Shown here piece after piece: positions 55,657 to 62,149 of a stretch of 62,149 nt of DNA; the first letter of the stretch is position 1, and each line of letters begins with the position of its first letter. The notes under the pieces were generated by a model. The model did not search any database. It had not been told where the DNA came from and was given only the letters and a program-made list of their open reading frames with translations. The translations under genes were made by a program, and so were the position numbers. The stretch is from Candidatus Spyradenecus sp. (GTDB lineage: Bacteria; Verrucomicrobiota; Kiritimatiellia; RFP12; DVOR01). The DNA is taken from NCBI GenBank assembly GCA_051884775.1, contig JBJEVY010000076.1:1-62149 (forward strand), written 5' to 3'.

Positions 55657-56934
55657 TCAGATTCCCACACGCAGGGTCGATTCGCGCGCGGGGCCAATCG
55701 AGAGGATGCCCAAGCGCCCGCCGGAGAGCTCGATGAGGCGTTCGACGTAGGCCTTGGCCTTGAGCGGCAGCTGCGCCATCTCGGTGATGTGCGAAGTCTC
55801 TTCCATCCAGCCGGGCATCGTCTCGTAGATTGGCTTGCAACGGGCCAACTCGGCTGCCGAAGCGGGCATATCCTCAATCCGCTTGCCATCCAGCTCGTAG
55901 GCCACGCAAATCTTGATCTCCGGCAAGGTGTCCATCACGTCGAGCTTGGTCAGCGCCCAGAAGTCCACGCCATTGACCATCTGCGCGTAGCGCGCCACCA
56001 CGGCATCAAACCAGCCGCAACGCCGCGGACGCCCGGTGACGGCGCCAAACTCGTGGCCACGCTCGGCCAAGAGCTTGCCGACTTCACCAAAGTCCTCGGT
56101 CGGGAAGGGCCCCTCGCCTACGCGCGTGGTATAGGCCTTAATCACGCCCACCACTCGGTCAATGCGGCGCGGACTCAACCCCGAGCCGATGCAGGCCCCG
56201 CCCGAGGTCGGGTTCGAGGAGGTCACGAAGGGGTAGGTGCCAAAGTCGATATCCAGCATCGTCCCTTGCGCGCCCTCCAGGAGGAGCGACTTCCCGGCGC
56301 GGTCGGCCTGGTGAATCAGCGGAATGGTGTCAACGATATAGGGCTTCAGGCGCTCAGCCGCCACGCGATAGGTCTCGACCATCTCATCGGCATTCAGTGG
56401 CTCGGCCTTCAGGTAGGCCAGCTTCACATTCGTCTCGGCCACCTGCTCGCGGACCAAATCCAGGAACTCGGGCGTGAGCATATCACCGCACCGCAAGCCA
56501 GTGCGCGAGACCTTGGCCGCATAGGCCGGGCCAATGCCGCGCCCGGTGGTGCCAATCTTCTTGCCCACGGGGCGCGCGGCCTCGTCGGCCTTATCCAGCG
56601 CGCGGTGATAGAGCATCACCATCTGCGTGCGCGTGGAGATAAAGAGCCGTCCCTTGCACTCAATGCCCGTCTTGCGCAGCATCTCAATCTCGTCAATCAA
56701 GTCCAGCGGATTCATCACCACACCATTGCCAATCACGCACACCTTCCCCGCGTGCAAGATCCCCGAAGGCACCAAGCGCAGAACCCGCTTCTCGCCCTCA
56801 GCAATCACCGTATGCCCGGCGTTCGAGCCGCCCTGATAGCGCACAATCACATCCGCCTGCGCAGTCAGCACGTCGATAATCTTCCCTTTACCCTCGTCGC
56901 CCCACTGGGCGCCAATCAACACGGTATTCGGCAT
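55657..56934 (-). CDS. purA: Adenylosuccinate synthetase
   Basis: GAQWGDEGKGK, GTTGRGIGPAY, EGAQG, YTTRVGEGPF and GRPRRCGW motifs. Confidence 0.97.
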   Translation of the reverse strand: MPNTVLIGAQWGDEGKGKIIDVLTAQADVIVRYQGGSNAGHTVIAEGEKRVLRLVPSGILHAGKVCVIGNGVVMNPLDLIDEIEMLRKTGIECKGRLFISTRTQMVMLYHRALDKADEAARPVGKKIGTTGRGIGPAYAAKVSRTGLRCGDMLTPEFLDLVREQVAETNVKLAYLKAEPLNADEMVETYRVAAERLKPYIVDTIPLIHQADRAGKSLLLEGAQGTMLDIDFGTYPFVTSSNPTSGGACIGSGLSPRRIDRVVGVIKAYTTRVGEGPFPTEDFGEVGKLLAERGHEFGAVTGRPRRCGWFDAVVARYAQMVNGVDFWALTKLDVMDTLPEIKICVAYELDGKRIEDMPASAAELARCKPIYETMPGWMEETSHITEMAQLPLKAKAYVERLIELSGGRLGILSIGPARESTLRVGI

Positions 56935-57145
56935 AATCGTATCCTTGAATAGACCTCTCTTGCGTCTAACGCAACGCAAACGTGGACGAAGCATACCACA
57001 ATCCTTCCCAAAGCGCAAAACATAACAGCGGTCGACAGTCACGAATCAGCCGTTTTAGCTCTTCCGCCGTGCGTGTCCCAAGTTGATGTCCTCTCTTGGT
57101 GTTTAAAGAGATTATGGTACAATGCGGGCCTAAAAGGAGAAGACA

Positions 57146-57936
57146 ATGAAGTTTAATCTCGTCATGACAGCTTCGATTAATCCAAACGGTATGCAGGGGC
57201 TCTCCCCGGAGTCGCTGACTAATCGGGAGGCGCAATATCGGGATACGCTTCGGTTTTATACTCAGCAACCATCGATAGAACGGATTCTCTTCGTGGAGAA
57301 CTCGGCGTGGGATCTTTCAGGTTTGAAGCGGGAGGTGAATTGCCCCCGTGTGACCTGGTTGTCATTGGACGAGAATAACTTTCCGCGCGAGTGGGGTAAG
57401 GGTTACGGCGAGTTTCTGCTACTCGATCGTGCGGTCGATTATATGGAGCAGGCGTGGATGAGCGGAAACGGGGGGGGGGGCAATTCGTCAAGGTAACCGG
57501 TCGTTTCCCAATCTTGAATATAGAGACCCTGCTGCGTGAATTCGCCAGTCGAGCTCCGCTGCAACTTGCAGTAGATGTGATTGACCACCCTCTCTATGAC
57601 TGGCTTCACCTTGGATGGGATGCCCATCACGCGCGGACAATCCTTTATGCAGTCACAATCGACTTCTATAAGGCCAACATTTACGGTCGCTTCCGCGAGA
57701 TTCCGCATCAATTCCCAGATGCAGAGGCGTTGATGTTTGATGTCTGGAAGCACACGGCCTCAACGCAACCTGGCGTGTACGGCCGCTTTCGTCACGAACC
57801 TCGCTTGGCGGGATTTGCTGGCCATAGTGGCACAGAAGGGCTTATTTCGGTCAAGAATTATGATGGGATTGTCTCAAAGACCAAGCGCGCTATTCGCCAA
57901 AGTTGCCGGTATCTTCTCCCATGGTTCAAGATTTGA
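57146..57936 (+). pseudogene. Frameshifted (G11 tract) gene, probable surface-glycan biosynthesis protein; candidate phase-variable
   Basis: ORFs 57146-57496 and 57454-57936 meet at G11 (57470-57480). One extra G fuses them into 263 aa (TASINP..FVENS..GKGYGE..VKVTGR). SD AAGGAG and TACAAT upstream. Function inferred. Confidence 0.7.
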
Positions 57937-57986
57937 GGGAGCGCGACCGAGGCAAGCAGCCTCTCAGCAAGATGGCTCAAATAAGC

Positions 57987-58020
57987 GGCGGCGGGGAGTT
58001 CCCCGCCGCCTATGTTTGTT
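57987..58020. terminator. Intrinsic terminator between convergent genes
   Basis: GGCGGCGGGGA-GT-TCCCCGCCGCC followed by T-rich sequence. Confidence 0.7.
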
Positions 58021-58032
58021 TACGGCTAATTT

Positions 58033-59094
58033 TTAGTGGCTTTCCTGGGCCTTGCGCAGGCGCAGTTGGCCGCAGGCGGCGTCGGCTTGCTTGCCGCGGG
58101 AGCGGCGGAGGGTGGTGTGGATGCCGGCTTTGAGGAGGGCATCAAGGAAGGCGAGGCAGTCAGCGTGGGAGGGCGTTTGGCCATCGAACTCGGCCACGGG
58201 GCTCAGGGGGATGAGGTTGACGCGGGCCTTGCGGTGGCGGAGGCGGGCGATGAGTTCGGCGGCGTGTTCGCGGCGGTCGTTGAGGCCGCGGACGAGGGTG
58301 TATTCGTAGGTGATGATGCGCCCGGTGGTGGCGGTGTAGGCATCGCACGCATCGAGCAGTTCGACGATGGGCCAGCGGCGGTTAACGGGCATCAGGCGCG
58401 AGCGGATGGCGTCGTTGGGGGCGTGGAGGGAGACGGAGAGCTCGAATTGGACGCCTTCGCCGGCGAGGCGTTCGATGCCTGGCACGATGCCGCAGGTGGA
58501 GAGGGTGATGTGGCGCGCGCCGATGTTGAGCCCTTGCTGGGCGTTGAGCACGCGCAGGGCGCGGAGGACCGCGTCGTAGTTCATAAAGGGTTCGCCCATT
58601 CCCATCACGACGATGTTGTTGGGCACTTGCCCCATCGCGCGGCTGAGGTGGAGCACTTCGGCAACGATCTCTCCGGCGGTGAGCGAACGGACGCAGCCGA
58701 GCTGCCCGCTGGCGCAGAAGGCGCAGTGCATATTGCAGCCCACTTGCGAGGAGATGCATTGGGTGACGCGGCCATCGGCGGGGATCCACACCGTCTCGAT
58801 GCGCTCGCCATCGGCCGCTTCCAGGAGGAACTTGGTGACGCCGTCGATGCCCGAAGGGGTGCGGGCGACCTCTTGGAAGGCGGTGATGGGGGCGACCTCG
58901 GCGAGCGTTTGGCGGACTTCGCCGGGCAGGGTGGTGAGGTCGGCCCAGCTGGCAATGCGGTCCTTATAGAGGCCTTGGAGAATCTGCTTGGCGCGGAAGG
59001 CGGGCAGGTGTTGGGCCTTGCAGAAGTCCTGCCAATCGCTCGGGAGCAGTCCGTAGGCGCTCTGAACTTCGGGGCGGGGCGTGGGCGTATCCAT
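58033..59094 (-). CDS. rlmN: 23S rRNA (A2503-C2) methyltransferase RlmN
   Basis: CISSQVGC..C.FC, MGMGEP, SLHAPN and AACGQL motifs. Confidence 0.95.
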   Translation of the reverse strand: MDTPTPRPEVQSAYGLLPSDWQDFCKAQHLPAFRAKQILQGLYKDRIASWADLTTLPGEVRQTLAEVAPITAFQEVARTPSGIDGVTKFLLEAADGERIETVWIPADGRVTQCISSQVGCNMHCAFCASGQLGCVRSLTAGEIVAEVLHLSRAMGQVPNNIVVMGMGEPFMNYDAVLRALRVLNAQQGLNIGARHITLSTCGIVPGIERLAGEGVQFELSVSLHAPNDAIRSRLMPVNRRWPIVELLDACDAYTATTGRIITYEYTLVRGLNDRREHAAELIARLRHRKARVNLIPLSPVAEFDGQTPSHADCLAFLDALLKAGIHTTLRRSRGKQADAACGQLRLRKAQESH

Positions 59095-59097
59095 CGG

Positions 59098-59721
59098 TTA
59101 CTCCGTGGGGGGCTCGGGGAGTGCGTCGACCGGGGCACGGCCAGCGACGGCTCGGCGCAGGGTCAGCGCATCGGCATAGGCGATGCCCGAGCCGCAGGGG
59201 AGCCCAAAGGCCAGGCGCGTGACGCGGACGGGGAGCGCTTTGAGGTTCTCGGCGATGTAGCCGGCGGTGGCCTCGCCTTCCATATCGGTCGAGAGGGCCA
59301 GGAGCACTTCGCGGATGGGCTCTTGGCGGACGCGCTGGAGGAGGACGGTGATGCGCAGTTCGCTCAGGCCGGTTTGGCGGCCAGGGGAGAGTTTGCCCAT
59401 CAGTGCGTGGTAGCGGCCCTTGAAGGCGCCGGCGGCTTCAAGAATCTGGATGTCGGCCGGGTCCTCGACCACGCAGAGCAGGCCGTCATCGCGGTCGGTG
59501 CGCGTGCAGAGGGGGCAGGGATCGGCATCGTGGGAGGTGAACGCCCCGCACTTGGCGCAGAGGCAGACATTCTCGCGCGCCTCTTGAAGCGCTCGCACGA
59601 GGGTGTCGAGGAGCGTCTCGGGGCGGCGGACGAGGGCCAAGGCGGCCCGTTCGCTACTGCGCCGGCCAAAGCCGGGCAGCCGCGAGAGGGCGTGGACGAG
59701 GTTGTCGAGGGCCGGCAGCAC
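59098..59721 (-). CDS. recR: Recombination mediator RecR
   Basis: LPGFGRRS, C..C...C..C zinc finger, Toprim VVED, EGEATA and RLAFGLP motifs. Confidence 0.95.
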   Translation of the reverse strand: MLPALDNLVHALSRLPGFGRRSSERAALALVRRPETLLDTLVRALQEARENVCLCAKCGAFTSHDADPCPLCTRTDRDDGLLCVVEDPADIQILEAAGAFKGRYHALMGKLSPGRQTGLSELRITVLLQRVRQEPIREVLLALSTDMEGEATAGYIAENLKALPVRVTRLAFGLPCGSGIAYADALTLRRAVAGRAPVDALPEPPTE

Positions 59722-59724
59722 GGC

Positions 59725-60039
59725 TTAGTGCATGGCGAAGGGCGAGTTGCCGTCCTTCATCATCTGCTGCATCAGCTGCTGGGTCTGCTGTTTCACCTGC
59801 GCAATGGCGGCGTTGACGACGGTCTTGAGCATCGTCTCGAAGCGGTCGGTCTTGCCGGCCTTGACCTCGGCGAGGGCCTCTTCGCTCACCTTAATCTGCG
59901 TGACGGAGAAGTCGCCCTTCACCGTGACGGCGATGCCGCCATTCTGGTGGGTGTACACAATCTTTTCCATCTCGGCCTGCATCTTCTTGGCTTCCTTGCG
60001 CATCTGCATGGCCTGCTTCACTTGGTCTAACATACCCAT
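59725..60039 (-). CDS. ybaB: YbaB/EbfC nucleoid-associated protein
   Basis: Size, M/Q-rich N-terminal helix, GG..VTV.G motif, dnaX-ybaB-recR synteny. Confidence 0.88.
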   Translation of the reverse strand: MGMLDQVKQAMQMRKEAKKMQAEMEKIVYTHQNGGIAVTVKGDFSVTQIKVSEEALAEVKAGKTDRFETMLKTVVNAAIAQVKQQTQQLMQQMMKDGNSPFAMH

Positions 60040-60064
60040 AACGGTCTTCCTTTCAAGAGGTGGT

Positions 60065-61534
60065 TTAGAATATCACTTTCCCGCCAAAGAGGCGGAGGGT
60101 CAGGTTGAGAATTTCGTCGGCATACTTCCCATCCGAGGTCTTGAGGGGCTGGGCGGGAGGCGCTTCGGCCACGGGCAACGCGGCACTCTGCGGGAGCTCC
60201 TCCAGATAAGGTTCGCCTTCCTCTTCGGCATCGGCATAGGGGTCGTCTTCAACAGGGGTTTCCGCCACAGGCGGCAAGGTGGGGGTGGGGGCGCTCGGCG
60301 CGGGGGCCGGAACGCTGGGTGCGGCGCGCTCAGGTTGCGCCGCGGGGGCGGCCACCGGACCTTTCGGAGCGGCGGCCGCCAAACGTCGTATCACTTGGTC
60401 CTTGAGCGCGGTTAGGCGCCGGATGAGTTCATCCATCGGCACGGTCTTGGCCAGGCGCGCGCAGCGAATGAGCGTCATCTCCATCAGCGTGCGCACCGAG
60501 AGGGCCGAACGCAACGAAGCTTCCATCTCCGAGAGTTGCCCGGCAATGTCGACAATCCGCTGCGGCTGAACCATCGCGGCCTGGGCCTTGAGGACGGCGA
60601 GCTGCTCGTCGGTGACATCGCGCTTGGCCGCCTCTTCGCCCGCCTGCTGGTAGACCAGGAGGTTGCGGAAGTGGGTCAGCAACTCGGCCGTGAGGCGGCG
60701 CATATCCTTGCCGGCGCTCTCGAAGTGGTCGACGGCCTTGAGGATGCCGGCGATGTCCCCCGAGAGGATGCAACCGGCCAGGCCTTCAAGGGCTTCGCGC
60801 GAGACGAGGCCAAAGACGGCGAGCACATCGGCTTCGGTGACGTCGGTGCCCTTGAAGGCGATGAGCTGATCGAGGGCGGAGAGGGCATCGCGCAAGCCGC
60901 CGTTGGAGCCGCGCGCGATGGCCAGGAGGGCGTCTTCGGTGATGGTAATCTGCTCGGCGTTGCAGATGAATCGCAAGCGCCGGACGATGTCCGCACTGGA
61001 GATGCGCCGCAGGTCGAAGCGCTGGCAGCGGCTGATGATGGTGGGCAGGACCTTGTCGCCCTCGGTGGTCGCGAAGATGAACTTCACATAGGGCGGGGGT
61101 TCTTCGAGGGTCTTGAGCAGGGCGTTGAAGGCCGCCGGCGTGAGCATGTGCACTTCGTCGAGGATGAAGATCTTGAAGCGACTATGCGTGGGGGCGAACT
61201 GCACCTGGTCGAGCACTTCGTGGATGTCGTCAACCTTGTTGTTGGAGGCGGCGTCCAGTTCAATGACGTCCATATCCGAGGACGCGGCAATGCCTTTGCA
61301 GTTATCGCACGTGCCGCAGGGCTTCATCGTTGGGCCGTGTTCGCAATTGAGCGCCATCGCGAAGATACGCGAGAGGGTCGTCTTGCCGATACCGCGCGGG
61401 CCGATGAAGAGATAGGCGTGAGCGATGCGATCCTGCTCAATGGCGTTGGCGAGGGTGCGCGTGACGTGATCCTGCCCCACCACGTCATCAAACGTGCGGG
61501 GGCGCCACTTTCGCGCAAGGACTTCGTAGGCCAT
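60065..61534 (-). CDS. dnaX: DNA polymerase III subunit gamma/tau
   Basis: LARKWRP, GPRGIGKTT, DEVHML, NALLKTLEEPP and SRCQ motifs. Confidence 0.96.
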   Translation of the reverse strand: MAYEVLARKWRPRTFDDVVGQDHVTRTLANAIEQDRIAHAYLFIGPRGIGKTTLSRIFAMALNCEHGPTMKPCGTCDNCKGIAASSDMDVIELDAASNNKVDDIHEVLDQVQFAPTHSRFKIFILDEVHMLTPAAFNALLKTLEEPPPYVKFIFATTEGDKVLPTIISRCQRFDLRRISSADIVRRLRFICNAEQITITEDALLAIARGSNGGLRDALSALDQLIAFKGTDVTEADVLAVFGLVSREALEGLAGCILSGDIAGILKAVDHFESAGKDMRRLTAELLTHFRNLLVYQQAGEEAAKRDVTDEQLAVLKAQAAMVQPQRIVDIAGQLSEMEASLRSALSVRTLMEMTLIRCARLAKTVPMDELIRRLTALKDQVIRRLAAAAPKGPVAAPAAQPERAAPSVPAPAPSAPTPTLPPVAETPVEDDPYADAEEEGEPYLEELPQSAALPVAEAPPAQPLKTSDGKYADEILNLTLRLFGGKVIF

Positions 61535-61564
61535 CTTGCTCCGGGTGAAGGGGTGGGGTGGGGC

Positions 61565-62149
61565 TTAGCGCGCCAGGAGCGCGTTCAGCAGGCGGTTGAA
61601 GTTGGCCGGGTTGGGCGGCAGGGTGCCGTCGGCCAGGCAGGCTTGACCGTAGAGCAGCTCGATGGTGTCGGCCTTGCGCGCCTCGTCGCTTTCGGCCGCG
61701 AGGGCCTTGACGATGGGGTGCTTGGGGTTGAGCTCAAGGATGCGCTTCTCCTCGGGCACGCTCTGGCCCATGGCTTCGAGCATCCGGCGCATGGCCGGGT
61801 TCAATGCCGCGGGGTCCTGCACCAGGCAGCAGGGCGAATCGGTCAAGCGCGCGGAGAGGCGCACCTCCTTGACCGTCTTCTCCAGCTGCTTGGCGATGGC
61901 CTCGATCAGCGGCTTGAGCTCCTTCTCGGCGGCCTCGAGTTCGTCCTTCTGCGCGGCCGCATCGTCGCCCAGGTCCAAATCGCCCTTGTCGGCAAAGACG
62001 ATCTTGGTCTTGTCGTACTCATAGAGGTCGCCGGCGATGAATTGATCGACGGGCGTGGTGAGGAAGAGGACATCGTAGCCCTTGGCCTTGAGCTGCTCGA
62101 GGCAGGGATTTTGCTGCCCGGCCTCGAGGGTGTCGGCTGCCAGCATATA
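61565..62149 (-). CDS. htpG: Chaperone HtpG (Hsp90), C-terminal part; 5'-truncated by window edge
   Basis: KGYDVLFL..VD, VRLSARL.DSPCCLV and KRILELNPKHP motifs. Confidence 0.92.
   Translation of the reverse strand, partial: YMLAADTLEAGQQNPCLEQLKAKGYDVLFLTTPVDQFIAGDLYEYDKTKIVFADKGDLDLGDDAAAQKDELEAAEKELKPLIEAIAKQLEKTVKEVRLSARLTDSPCCLVQDPAALNPAMRRMLEAMGQSVPEEKRILELNPKHPIVKALAAESDEARKADTIELLYGQACLADGTLPPNPANFNRLLNALLAR

Noticed and set aside
57020-57060. Possible remnant of the heptamer repeat (CAGCGGTCGACAGTC)
   Set aside because: Only one or two units, with no hairpin or core; too weak to call.
60065-61534. Programmed -1 frameshift in dnaX
   Set aside because: No A-AAA-AAG or long A-run slippery site was seen in the coding strand.

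Overview
A GC-rich bacterial chromosomal segment of mostly housekeeping genes. The FtsZ tail and gene content suggest a PVC-superphylum (Kiritimatiellae/Lentisphaerae/Verrucomicrobia-like) anaerobe; this is inference. Genes: rseP (partial), PHP phosphatase, rnr, ddl-ftsQ-ftsA-ftsZ-dtd-queF-queC-oppA-like, lolC/E-lolD-ftsW/rodA, uvrD/pcrA, perR-reverse rubrerythrin, trxA, Na/Pi cotransporter, tRNA-Leu(TAG), ychF, dac, uvrA, epmA, lepA, recJ, S9 peptidase, HU, Rrf2, tatD, PEGA/FHA proteins, TonB-dependent receptor, uppS, purA, rlmN-recR-ybaB-dnaX and htpG (partial). No transposase, integrase, cas or RT gene was seen. The unusual signals are mostly non-coding. (1) A bipartite element of palindrome arrays occurs twice between divergent genes: CCCCAATTGGGG every 23 bp, a fixed 49-bp linker, then ATAAGTC-GACTTAT every 22 bp. 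A related 22-bp array lies at 21.7 kb. (2) A heptamer-armed REP-like family abuts stop codons, and its core occurs in both orientations. (3) A candidate ~85-nt sRNA lies upstream of the rubrerythrin-perR operon. (4) GC skew is saw-toothed and flips at operon boundaries. Unusual proteins: an FtsZ lacking the catalytic T7-loop residues, a QueF with a 135-aa disordered extension, a single-chain tandem CsoR-family protein with complementary cysteines, and a gene frameshifted at a G11 tract.
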